Positions 54,832-64,000 of a DNA stretch of 64,000 nt are shown in pieces; position 1 is the stretch's first letter; each line of letters starts with the position of its first letter. Under the pieces are notes generated by a model that was not told the DNA's origin, searched no databases, and saw nothing but the letters and a program-made list of their open reading frames with translations. Made by a program: the position numbers and the translations under genes. Source of the stretch: Acidobacteriota bacterium (GTDB lineage: Bacteria; Acidobacteriota; Blastocatellia; Pyrinomonadales; Pyrinomonadaceae); the NCBI GenBank assembly GCA_018269005.1, contig JAFDVK010000053.1, forward strand, positions 28,687-92,686, given 5' to 3'.

Positions 54832-57800
54832 ATGACCCGACACTTTCGTTCAGTTCGCTACCTAGTGACCGCATTGGTCCTGACCGCTATTTCCGGCCTG
54901 GTGCTTGCCGAGACTAGCGGTCTTTCACGTTTTTTCGACATTTTTTCCGCGCAGGCCCAGGAGTTTGCGAACACCGGCAGTGTCTCAGCTTCCCCCGAGG
55001 AAAAGAGCAAGGACGAGACTGCGAACGAGATCGCTGAGCCGGCAGCTCCCGGAGTTGGCGAGCAGTTGATAACCGCATCAAGTTATGCGTTCTCCAGTGC
55101 GGACTCGATCGCTCTGGAAGATATGTCGAGCGGAACGACGCAGTTGGTCGCTGCCGGTTCGGATGACACCGCATCGCCGGTCACCAATCTGGGATTTGAG
55201 TTCTGGTACGACGGAGTTAGGCAAACTCAATTTTCGGTGAACGCCAATGGCTTGGCCCGGCTCGGCTCGGTCGTAGTTGCAACGACATTCAATAACAGCA
55301 CGAGCGGTTTGGGAACAGCGGTCAACGCACCGAAGATCGCTCCGTACTTCGAAGATCTCTGTGTTGGCACGAACGGTAAAGTTCACTATAAAGTAACCGG
55401 GTCTGCGCCAAATCGGAAGCTTATTGTCGAATGGCAAGATATGCAGATCCCGCGCGGAGCGGGCTGTGCCGGCGCCGGTGCGGGAACATTCCAGATGTGG
55501 CTTTTCGAATCGGCAGGAGCGACCACTCCGGGCAGAATTCAGTTTGTATACGGTGCAGGGATCGCGCCCTCGACAACCGACCTTGGAGCTTCGGTCGGAT
55601 TGCAGTCAGGGGCTGCGACCAATTTCGCATCGGTGACCGTCACTGACGACTCGGTCTCTTACACGACGGCGAACGATACCAACTTGCCTGGCATTCCGTC
55701 CGGTAAGAGTTATATCTTCACGCCGAATGTACCAAGTTCGCCTTCGGGCTTGAATTTCGCTCCTGTAACCGCATCTTCGATCCAGTTGAATTGGACGGAT
55801 AATTCCGCGAACGAGGCCGGGTTTGCCGTTTATCGTTCTACCGACGGCGGTACGACCTATAGCTTTGCGGGTCAGACGGCCGCAGACGCGACTTCGTTCA
55901 ACGATACCGGCCTTATCCCGGGAACGACCTACTTTTATGAAGTTGCGGCGGTTTCCGAAGGCGTCATTAGTGCTTTTATCAGCGGAAGTCAGGCTACGAG
56001 TGCTGCGGGCAGCGACACCTGTGCTGCAACAGGCGGCAATTGGAGCGACACTGCGACATGGGCCGACGGCAGCATTCCGACCGCGACGGATAACGTCACG
56101 ATCGGCTCCGGCTGTACGGTAACGGTCGACGTTACGACGGCGGCTGCGTTCAATGTCACGATCGACAGCGGCGGCACCTTGCAAGCGCCGACAAGCGGCA
56201 CGGTCACCAACAATAATCTGTCGCTCGGCGGAAACCTGACAAATAACGGTACGCTCGATCTTTCGACCAACTCGGACACATCGGGTGCGATCCTGACCTT
56301 TGTCGCGACCGTGCCAAACGTAACGTTCGGCGGTTCGGGAGCCACAACGGATATTCGAGAGATCGTTGTCAATAAGGGCGCGCAATCGTCCATCGTCGAG
56401 TTGACCGCAGCGAACTTTACTGTTCGCGGGGTTAACACGGATTCTGCAGGATTTTTGACCTTGACGAGCGGTACATTCAAAGTTTCGGGAAGTGCCAACG
56501 TTACGAACCGTGTCTTCATGACGGCCGGATACACGATCCCGGCACTCGGCGGATTCTGGCTGAACAACCCTAATTTTACGGTCGCAGGACAGAACGGTTC
56601 ACCGACAGTAGCGGGTCAGCTTCGCATTTCCGACGGCACGTTCAATGTCGGAACATCGACCGGTAACTCACTGGGCGGCTCCGCCGGCGGTCAGTATATT
56701 TTTGAAGGCGGCACAACTAATATTGCCGGACGATTGCAAACGACCAGCGCGATCAGCTACACGCAATCGGGCGGCGCGGTAAACGTATGCTCGGTTGGTA
56801 ATACGGCAACAACGGCGTGTTTCGGATTAACCTCGACAGCAAACACTTTCAATATGTCGGGCGGAACCATCACGCTGGTTACGCCAAGCTCAAACGCCAC
56901 GCCATTGGATTACAGCGTCTCCACAAGCGCAAGCGTTGTTTTCGTCACCAATCCTGTTTTGACTACGCTAAATGTCGGGACGGGGTCGGCTGCCCAAACA
57001 TTCCGAGTTGCGGGTTCGACTCCGAGTCTGAATATTCCGGCAAATAGCACGATGAATGTCGGCAGCGGAACGACCGGAGCTGCTATCTTCCATCGAGGAG
57101 CTTCAGTTGTAAATAACGGCGCGATCGCGATCCAAGGAACGGGAACGAGTTCACGGTTCGATTGGGCGGCAAGCGGGCCGATGACTTACGGCGGAACCGG
57201 CACGTTCGGCACAGCGGCAACTCCGTTCACCGGTGTCGGAATGAGCGCGAACAGCCCGACCGGCGATAATACGACGCTAAATTCGCCGATATTTGTAAAT
57301 CGCGTGAACTTGTTCAACGGCGGATTTACTGGCAGCGGTAACATCACGCTTGGCGACGGTGCGGCCTCGACAACCGTGATTCAGGTCGGAAATTCGACGA
57401 CGCCGACCAACGCCGGAACGTTCGACGTTTCGCCTGTTTATAACAGCGGTTCGGGCGGCCACATCGCTCTGCATCTGAGAACGACGACCGCAAACCGTCC
57501 GACCGGCTTTGAGATCAATCCGACGCGCACACTTGCTTCGTGGACGATCGACGATAACGCGGTCGGCGGAACTTTGGTCGTTACAGGCGGCGACATAACC
57601 GTTGTCGGGGCATTGACCCTTACCAACGGGATAGTTGAAACGGGTGCGAATACCGTCATTCACAACGGAGCGGCGACGCGCACGAACGGCTATGTTGACG
57701 GCAATCTGAGTCGCAGCTACACGGCGACCGGCGCGTACACATATCACGTCGGCCAGAACGGCTATTCGCCAGTGACGGCGACCGTTACGACCTTGGCCAC

Positions 57801-60800
57801 GAACCCTTCGAGTTTGACGGTCAGTCCGAATGACGCAACTCTCTCCGGCTTGAATACGCCGGTCTCAGTTTCGCGTCATTGGATCCTGGCGGAAACCGGA
57901 GATCTGACTTCCGACCTTGCGTTCACATATTTGGACGCTGACATTAACGGAATTGAAACCGATTACCGCGTTTACAAGCTTGACGCAGGCGTGCTGACCA
58001 ACGAATGTTCCGGCGGACCCTGCGTTAATGATGTCACGAACACGGCAACCGTAACCGGCGTTTCCAATTTCTCGGATTGGGGAATCGGTGACGCAGGGGC
58101 AGGGACTCCGGGTGTGCTCGACTTCGACAGTGCGACGTATTCGGCCAACGAAGACGCCGGCACGGCGACAATAACCGTCACGCGTACCGGAGGCAGTGCC
58201 AATTCGGTCACGGTAGATTACGCAAGCGTGGCGGGCGGTTCAGCAACGGGCGGTGCTGCGTGTGCGGCGGGAATTGACTTCGTCAATGCCTCGGGTACGC
58301 TGACCTTTGCTAACGGCGACACCTCGGAATCGTTCACGGTAACGACCTGTCCGGATACTGACGTCGAACCTGATGAGACCGTTAACTTGGCGTTGAGCAA
58401 CCCGACGGGCGGCGCAACGATCGGGGCACAGGGCACATCGGTCTTTACGATCCTAAATGACGATGTAGCCGGACCGGCGAACGTCGTGGTCAATCCGGGC
58501 AATACACCCTATGCGACCCTCAAGGAAGCGATCGACGCGATCAATGCGGGAACGCACACGGGAGCGATCACCGTTGACGTGATGGCGAATACGACCGAAA
58601 CCGCCTCATCCGTCTTGAACGCGAGCGGTGCAGGAAGTGCGAACTATACGTCGATCATCATCCGTGCCGGTGCAGACGGTGTAACGGTTTCCGGGCCGTC
58701 GGCCCAGGGCCGTGGGTTGATCGAACTCAATGGTGCGGACAATGTAACTATTGACGGAGATAACCCGAATACGGCAGGTACGAACCGTAACTTGACGATT
58801 CAAAACACTGCCGCGAATACGGTCAACTTCGCATCCGTGATCCGCGTCGCGCTCAATGCGACCACGGTTGCGAGTGCCGATGACAATGTTTTCAAAAACC
58901 TGAATATCGTCGGCAACGCAACCGGCCTTAACGTCAGCACTGCTACGGCGACGACCGGACCGCAGAATACGACCTTTGGTGTTTTCTTGGGTCCCAATGC
59001 ATCCGGACCAACGACCGCTCCAACGGCGATCACCTCGGTTGCAACGGGTGTCGCCGGCGCGGCGACCGCGGCAAATCTGGTCGTTGAGAACAACAGGATC
59101 GTTACCGCGGCACGCGGCGTGTCTGTTAACGGATCGGCGACGACAGTCGCACCCGGCTTACAGATACGGAAGAACCAGATCGGCAATCCGACAATGGGCG
59201 ATCCCGACCAGGTGACCGCCATCGGGATAACCGCAAACGGTTCGACGAACGCAGTTATCTCCGAAAATCAGGTCTGGGTGGAGGGCTATGTTCGCTCGAG
59301 TTCCTCAACACACGGCATAAATGTCGGTGTGAACAGCACGAACACGTCCGGCGCAACCATCGAGAAGAACCGAATCGACCGCGTAAAGCAAAATGACGGC
59401 CAGTCTTGGGCGGCTTACGGCATCAATCTCGGCGGCGGCAGCGGCCATATCGTCCGAAACAACTTTGTCTCGGGCGTTATCAACGACCAGACCGCCGGAA
59501 CAGGAGCATTCGGCGTTACCTTCGGTGCCTATGGTATTAGGAGCGGCAGCGGAACCGGGCATCAGATCTATCACAATTCCGTGAATATGTATGGTGCGAT
59601 GGGCGGTGTTACGAACACGAATCTCACCGCAGCCTTCATATTGACGGGGACGAGTCAGACCGGTGTTGATGTCCGAAACAATGTATTCGTGAATTCGATC
59701 TCGGGCGGAAATCCGACCGGGACTCGTAATGTCGCGATCTACTTGCCTTCGGGTGCGACATCGGTCCTAAATCTGACCCTGAACAATAACGACTACTTTG
59801 TCGGTTCGGATGCGAACAACCGTATGGCGCAAGTCGGCACATCATTCGGCACGGGTGAATATACGCTTGCCGATTTTGATCCGACGATGACGACACCCGC
59901 GACGAACTTCCGTTCGTACACCAACCCGCTATCGGCAGGGGGAGGGAATGACGATTCCAGCAAGAAGGCGGATCCGCTGTTCGTCTCCAATAGCGATCTG
60001 CATCTGCAGGTAACTTCGCCGATGCAGGCCTCGGGTGCAAGCGTCGGTGTGACCGATGACATTGACGGCGATATTCGGCAGACACCTCCTGATCTTGGTG
60101 CGGACGAAGTCCTCTCAATGGGGTCGCCGGGTTCATTACAGTTCAGCAGCGCCACCTACTCGATAGGCGAGGCGGGAGGTGACGCAGTAGTTACCGTTAC
60201 ACGCACGGGCGGCAGTGACGGTACTGTAACGGTCGATTACGCGACCTCGGACGGCACCGCTACCGGCGGCGCATCGTGCGGCGGTTCGGTCGACTATGTA
60301 AACGCTTCCGGAACCTTGTCGTTCGCAAACGGTGAAACGAGCAAGACGTTCAACGTGACGATCTGCAACGACGCAACGGACGAGCCGGATGAGACGTTGA
60401 ACTACACGTTGTCCAATCCTACGGGCGGTGCAACGTTAGGTACGCCATCTGCCGCAGTTCAGACGATCGTGGACGATGACGTGCCGGCGTTGACCTACAA
60501 CGTGGCCATCAGCGACGCACGATTGGTGGAAGGCAACTCCGGTTCGGCGAACATGGTGTTCGACGTGACGCTGACCTCTGCGGCCCCGCCTGTCGGACAA
60601 AACGGCAGTCCGACGATAGCGTCGGTACAGTACGCGACGTCGGACGGCACCGCGACGGCAGGCAGCGACTATTCTGCTACGAGCGGAACGCTCAGTTTCT
60701 CCGCAACGGGAACTCAGACGGTCTCGGTTCCGGTCGCCGGAGATACGACCAAAGAAGCGAATGAATTCTTCTTTGTAAACTTGAGCAATCCGTCGGTGAA

Positions 60801-61680
60801 CACGACGATCACGGACGGCCAAGGTGCGGGCGTCATCGTTGACGAAGATCGGCCGTATGTGGCCGACTTCGACCGCGATCTGAAGTCGGATTACAGCGTC
60901 TTCCGTCCGGGCAGCTTGCTTTGGTATGCTCTCCACTCAAGCGACGGTTCGCTGGACATCGCCGCTGCCGGCGCTATCGACGGAGTTGCGGCACCGGGTG
61001 ATTACGACGGCGATGGAAAGGCTGACTTTGCGGTCTTCGATACGAATGCCGGTGTTTGGTCGGTTCGTCGCAGCTCGAACAACTCGATCCTTACAAAGTC
61101 TTGGGGAACTGCCGGCGATAAGCCCGTGCAAGGCGACTACGACGGCGACGGCAAGACGGACTTTGCGGTCTTCAGGCCATCTACCGGTGTCTGGTGGATC
61201 TCGCGAAGCTCGGATAGCAGTACGACCGCCCTCCAGTTCGGTATCAGCACCGATCATCCTGTTCAGGGCGATTACGACGGCGACTTCAAGACCGACCTTG
61301 CCGTTTATCGCGACGGAACCTGGTATATCTTACGCAGCTCGGATGGCGGCGTTTCGATACAGAGCTGGGGACTTTCGACCGACAAACCGGTCGCGGGTGA
61401 CTTCGATGGGGACGGCCGACAGGATGTCGCGATCTACCGTGACGGTGTCTGGTGGATCCAACAGAGCTTGAGCGGTTCGTACATCGCCGTTCCGTTCGGG
61501 CTGTCGTCCGATGTGCCGGCGCCGGCCGATTTCGATGGTGACGGTACGACTGACATTGCCGTCTTCCGCGGCTCGACCGGACTTTGGTACGTGCTGAAGA
61601 GCTCGGATCAAGCCTTGACCGGTGTGAAATGGGGTGTTAGCACGGACGTGCCCGTGCCAAGTGCCTACATTCCTGAGTAG
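54832..61680 (+). CDS. giant secreted adhesin-like protein: FN3, beta-helix regions, three Calx-beta domains, C-terminal FG-GAP/VCBS propeller
   Basis: Signal peptide ..VLTAISGLVLAETSG. FN3 at ~55735-55970 (..LNWTDNSANEAGFAVYRS..TYFYEV). Calx-beta at ~58111-58466, ~60130-60480 and ~60490-60850 (..TVTRTGGS...VTVDYA...G.AT.G.D(F/Y)....GTL(T/S)F..GE.S..F..). Six to seven GD(Y/F)DGDGK.D.AV(F/Y)R units at ~60850-61677. Confidence 0.9.
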   Translation: MTRHFRSVRYLVTALVLTAISGLVLAETSGLSRFFDIFSAQAQEFANTGSVSASPEEKSKDETANEIAEPAAPGVGEQLITASSYAFSSADSIALEDMSSGTTQLVAAGSDDTASPVTNLGFEFWYDGVRQTQFSVNANGLARLGSVVVATTFNNSTSGLGTAVNAPKIAPYFEDLCVGTNGKVHYKVTGSAPNRKLIVEWQDMQIPRGAGCAGAGAGTFQMWLFESAGATTPGRIQFVYGAGIAPSTTDLGASVGLQSGAATNFASVTVTDDSVSYTTANDTNLPGIPSGKSYIFTPNVPSSPSGLNFAPVTASSIQLNWTDNSANEAGFAVYRSTDGGTTYSFAGQTAADATSFNDTGLIPGTTYFYEVAAVSEGVISAFISGSQATSAAGSDTCAATGGNWSDTATWADGSIPTATDNVTIGSGCTVTVDVTTAAAFNVTIDSGGTLQAPTSGTVTNNNLSLGGNLTNNGTLDLSTNSDTSGAILTFVATVPNVTFGGSGATTDIREIVVNKGAQSSIVELTAANFTVRGVNTDSAGFLTLTSGTFKVSGSANVTNRVFMTAGYTIPALGGFWLNNPNFTVAGQNGSPTVAGQLRISDGTFNVGTSTGNSLGGSAGGQYIFEGGTTNIAGRLQTTSAISYTQSGGAVNVCSVGNTATTACFGLTSTANTFNMSGGTITLVTPSSNATPLDYSVSTSASVVFVTNPVLTTLNVGTGSAAQTFRVAGSTPSLNIPANSTMNVGSGTTGAAIFHRGASVVNNGAIAIQGTGTSSRFDWAASGPMTYGGTGTFGTAATPFTGVGMSANSPTGDNTTLNSPIFVNRVNLFNGGFTGSGNITLGDGAASTTVIQVGNSTTPTNAGTFDVSPVYNSGSGGHIALHLRTTTANRPTGFEINPTRTLASWTIDDNAVGGTLVVTGGDITVVGALTLTNGIVETGANTVIHNGAATRTNGYVDGNLSRSYTATGAYTYHVGQNGYSPVTATVTTLATNPSSLTVSPNDATLSGLNTPVSVSRHWILAETGDLTSDLAFTYLDADINGIETDYRVYKLDAGVLTNECSGGPCVNDVTNTATVTGVSNFSDWGIGDAGAGTPGVLDFDSATYSANEDAGTATITVTRTGGSANSVTVDYASVAGGSATGGAACAAGIDFVNASGTLTFANGDTSESFTVTTCPDTDVEPDETVNLALSNPTGGATIGAQGTSVFTILNDDVAGPANVVVNPGNTPYATLKEAIDAINAGTHTGAITVDVMANTTETASSVLNASGAGSANYTSIIIRAGADGVTVSGPSAQGRGLIELNGADNVTIDGDNPNTAGTNRNLTIQNTAANTVNFASVIRVALNATTVASADDNVFKNLNIVGNATGLNVSTATATTGPQNTTFGVFLGPNASGPTTAPTAITSVATGVAGAATAANLVVENNRIVTAARGVSVNGSATTVAPGLQIRKNQIGNPTMGDPDQVTAIGITANGSTNAVISENQVWVEGYVRSSSSTHGINVGVNSTNTSGATIEKNRIDRVKQNDGQSWAAYGINLGGGSGHIVRNNFVSGVINDQTAGTGAFGVTFGAYGIRSGSGTGHQIYHNSVNMYGAMGGVTNTNLTAAFILTGTSQTGVDVRNNVFVNSISGGNPTGTRNVAIYLPSGATSVLNLTLNNNDYFVGSDANNRMAQVGTSFGTGEYTLADFDPTMTTPATNFRSYTNPLSAGGGNDDSSKKADPLFVSNSDLHLQVTSPMQASGASVGVTDDIDGDIRQTPPDLGADEVLSMGSPGSLQFSSATYSIGEAGGDAVVTVTRTGGSDGTVTVDYATSDGTATGGASCGGSVDYVNASGTLSFANGETSKTFNVTICNDATDEPDETLNYTLSNPTGGATLGTPSAAVQTIVDDDVPALTYNVAISDARLVEGNSGSANMVFDVTLTSAAPPVGQNGSPTIASVQYATSDGTATAGSDYSATSGTLSFSATGTQTVSVPVAGDTTKEANEFFFVNLSNPSVNTTITDGQGAGVIVDEDRPYVADFDRDLKSDYSVFRPGSLLWYALHSSDGSLDIAAAGAIDGVAAPGDYDGDGKADFAVFDTNAGVWSVRRSSNNSILTKSWGTAGDKPVQGDYDGDGKTDFAVFRPSTGVWWISRSSDSSTTALQFGISTDHPVQGDYDGDFKTDLAVYRDGTWYILRSSDGGVSIQSWGLSTDKPVAGDFDGDGRQDVAIYRDGVWWIQQSLSGSYIAVPFGLSSDVPAPADFDGDGTTDIAVFRGSTGLWYVLKSSDQALTGVKWGVSTDVPVPSAYIPE

Positions 61681-61702
61681 TCGCCTTTGATGGCTGACAA
61701 AT

Positions 61703-61746
61703 GGTGTGGAGAACCGCTTACTGGTTTTCCACACCGTTTTTATTTC
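61703..61746 (+). terminator. intrinsic terminator after the giant gene
   Basis: GGTGTGGAGAACC-gcttact-GGTTTTCCACACC, followed by GTTTTTATTT. Confidence 0.75.
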
Positions 61747-61818
61747 CGTTCGACCCGCGACGGGCGCACCTGTTCCCGTCAGGTATGTCGGAAATGGTAT
61801 CCTGTTCCCTCAACTACG

Positions 61819-63189
61819 ATGGCAAAACAACCGGCGACCATATTTGTTTGTCAGAATTGCGGCGCACAGTCGCGCAAGTGGCTCGGACAGTGTGCAGACT
61901 GCGGCGAATGGAATACGTTTGCCGAAGAGCGTTTTCGTCCCGCCGCCGCGGGTAAACGTGCCGCGTCCTCGATCAACTACCGGCCTGCTGAAGCCTTTTC
62001 CTACACATCGATAGAGTCGGACGAGGACGAACGCACTGCTTCGGGTATCGATGAATTCGACCGTGTGTTGGGAGGCGGCATCGTCGCCGGTTCGCTCGTT
62101 CTGATCGGCGGTGCGCCGGGCATCGGCAAATCGACGCTCGTACTTCAAATGGCCGAACGGCTCGTTTCGGGCGGCATTTCCGTTCTTTATGTTTCGGGCG
62201 AAGAGTCCGAACGGCAGATCAAGCTTCGCGGAGCTCGACTTGGACTTAAGGCCGACGGGCTTTTCATTATGCCCGAGACGAATCTTGTCGCCATTTTGGA
62301 CGAGATAGCAAGGATGCGTCCAAATGTCGTTATCGTCGATTCGATACAAACGGTCTTCAGCCCCGCGATCGAATCGGCACCGGGCAGCGTTTCGCAGGTT
62401 CGCGAAGTCGCCTCGCAGCTGATGATGCTTGCCAAACAGACCGGTACTCCCGTCTTTCTCACCGGCCATGTTACGAAAGATGGTTCGATCGCCGGCCCAA
62501 AGACACTCGAACACATCGTCGATACCGTGATCTATTTCGAAGGAGATCGGCATCACAATCACCGCATCATTCGCGCGACAAAGAACCGCTTCGGTGCCGC
62601 CAACGAGATCGGTGTTTTCGAGATGACAGGCACGGGATTGATCGCCGTCGGCAATCCATCGGAGCTTTTCCTTCAGGAGCGTCCCGAGAACGCGACCGGT
62701 TCCGTCGTTACCGTTTGTATGGAAGGCACGCGGCCGATGCTCGTAGAGATCCAGGCACTCGCAAGCGGCACGAAGTTCGGCTCGGGACGGCGGATGACTC
62801 AGGGTTTTGACCACAACCGCACATCGCTTTTGATCGCCGTGATGGAGAAGCGTCTGGGGATGCAGCTTGCTTCGGACGATGTTTTTGTGAACGTTGCCGG
62901 CGGCTTCGAGGTCGATGAGCCCGCGGCCGATCTCGGCGTGATCGCGGCGGTCGCATCGAGTTTCCGCAATCTCGTTATTCCGCCCGAAACTGCTTTGTTT
63001 GGCGAGGTCGGACTTACCGGCGAGGTTCGCGGCGTTCTCCAGGCACAGACACGTGCCCGCGAAGCTCAGACTCTTGGATTCAAGAAGCTCATTATTCCGG
63101 AATCAAACCGTAAAGGCCTCGAAAAACTCCTCGGAATACGCATCGTCGGCATCAGGGATCTTGACCAACTGATGGATGAATTGTTCTAA
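61819..63189 (+). CDS. radA: DNA repair protein RadA/Sms
   Basis: Start moved to the ATG at 61819: MAKQPATIFVCQNCGAQSRKWLGQCADCGEWNTF zinc finger, Walker A GAPGIGKST, KNRFG motif, Lon-like C-terminus. Confidence 0.95.
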   Translation: MAKQPATIFVCQNCGAQSRKWLGQCADCGEWNTFAEERFRPAAAGKRAASSINYRPAEAFSYTSIESDEDERTASGIDEFDRVLGGGIVAGSLVLIGGAPGIGKSTLVLQMAERLVSGGISVLYVSGEESERQIKLRGARLGLKADGLFIMPETNLVAILDEIARMRPNVVIVDSIQTVFSPAIESAPGSVSQVREVASQLMMLAKQTGTPVFLTGHVTKDGSIAGPKTLEHIVDTVIYFEGDRHHNHRIIRATKNRFGAANEIGVFEMTGTGLIAVGNPSELFLQERPENATGSVVTVCMEGTRPMLVEIQALASGTKFGSGRRMTQGFDHNRTSLLIAVMEKRLGMQLASDDVFVNVAGGFEVDEPAADLGVIAAVASSFRNLVIPPETALFGEVGLTGEVRGVLQAQTRAREAQTLGFKKLIIPESNRKGLEKLLGIRIVGIRDLDQLMDELF

Positions 63190-63286
63190 TTCTGTTCCGT
63201 CCACGTGGTCTTTTTTCGTCTCGGGAACAAACCCATCCGTCAGTTCGTATCTCACAACAACACAAAAAAAGGAGCTGTTGTTGGGA

Positions 63287-63778
63287 ATGAAATTTCGCCT
63301 GTTTATCGTATTCACACTTGTGCTTGTGTCGTCACTCGCAGTCGTCGGACAGACGAGCGACAAGACCGAGACAGAACTAAAATCGCTTGTTCGGCGGATG
63401 GTTGATGCCCAAGCTGCTTTCGATGTGAAGGCTCTTGATGCAGTCCTCACGCCGGACTACATAGAGATATCGCCGCTTGGCGAATTCGACACGCGCGATA
63501 AAGTTCTCGGGTTTTACAAGCCCGAATTGAAGCCGCCGGCGAACCAAATGCCCACGAATATGGAGTTAAGCGATTACTCGGTCCGCATTTACGACAAGAT
63601 GGCGGTCGTGATCGTAAAAGAGACGTTCTCGTTCACTGCCGACGGAAAGCCCCTACCGCCTCGAAGCTTGCGAGTGATGTTCGTGTGCAAACGGGAAAAG
63701 AGCGGCTGGAAGGTCGCGTCCGTGCAATACACCGGCATTCGTCCGAAACAACCTGCTCCGCCGGCAAGGCCGAATTGA
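63287..63778 (+). CDS. secreted NTF2-like (DUF4440/SnoaL-like) protein
   Basis: The ATG at 63287 has AAAGGAG upstream. Signal peptide MKFRLFIVFTLVLVSSLAVVGQ. ..LD.VLTPDYIEISPLGE.. ..WKVASVQYT pattern. Confidence 0.75.
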   Translation: MKFRLFIVFTLVLVSSLAVVGQTSDKTETELKSLVRRMVDAQAAFDVKALDAVLTPDYIEISPLGEFDTRDKVLGFYKPELKPPANQMPTNMELSDYSVRIYDKMAVVIVKETFSFTADGKPLPPRSLRVMFVCKREKSGWKVASVQYTGIRPKQPAPPARPN

Positions 63779-63799
63779 TCGGCAAGCAGAAACAGAACT

Positions 63800-64000
63800 C
63801 TAGATTTCCGGTGCCATTATCTTGTCGAGAATGCTGTCCGTTTTAGCGCGGATATCTGTAACACGCGGGCTCGGATGTTCGTTCAAAAATGACGGCGGCG
63901 TGTGGAATGGATCGACCTGTACAGGCACTCCTTCTTCGTCGAGGCGATGAGTGATTATCGAGGAGATAAGTTCCTGTTCGAACTGAGTAAGGTCGAGAAA
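63800..64000 (-). CDS. 3' end of an unidentified CDS (5' end outside the window)
   Basis: The minus strand is open from the window edge to TAG (plus 63800-63802). It translates ..FLDLTQFEQELISSIITHRLDEEGVPVQVDPFHTPPSFLNEHPSPRVTDIRAKTDSILDKIMAPEI. Not in the ORF track because it has no upstream Met. Confidence 0.45.
   Translation of the reverse strand, partial: FLDLTQFEQELISSIITHRLDEEGVPVQVDPFHTPPSFLNEHPSPRVTDIRAKTDSILDKIMAPEI

Noticed and set aside
54669-54917. 82-aa ORF upstream of and overlapping the giant gene
   Set aside because: It has no RBS or motif support and overlaps the well-supported start (AGGAG plus signal peptide) of the 2282-aa gene in another frame.

Overview
64-kb chromosomal window at roughly 55-58% G+C. 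Gene content suggests an Acidobacteriota-like bacterium (HAF repeats, CarboxypepD_reg modules, FG-GAP/VCBS repeats, many TPR and exported proteins); this is inference only. The backbone is housekeeping: glmU 3' end, glmS, a fused homocysteine S-methyltransferase/MTHFR, mutM, thiE-thiD, purH, polA, tRNA-Glu(UUC), lnt, prfB with the classical +1 frameshift, and radA. Between these sit many secreted or surface proteins, including a 2282-aa adhesin-like giant, and several accessory features. (1) Two dense arrays of stacked hairpin (REP/BIME-like) repeats lie at 5.6-6.6 kb and 22.0-22.9 kb, in inverted orientation. (2) Two IS200-like/RAYT tyrosine transposases are each flanked by their own inverted repeats. 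One sits next to a low-GC two-gene cassette (BamHI/BglII-like nuclease fold plus a small protein) bracketed by direct REP copies. (3) A promoter-like cassette occurs four times, usually preceded by 9-mer GTGC tandem repeats, and three copies sit upstream of exported-protein genes. (4) A strong sigma54-type promoter drives a structured, terminator-ended, ORF-less ~140-nt candidate sRNA. (5) A low-GC lipoprotein / SLT-like muramidase / secreted-protein cassette is partly bracketed by a 19-bp direct repeat that leaves a 5' gene remnant. (6) One secreted protein has a mature N-terminus that looks TIMP/NTR-like (Cys-x-Cys). Most other long ORFs in the track are antisense shadow ORFs or read-throughs of repeats. 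All family assignments come from motif recognition by eye and need HMM or BLAST confirmation.
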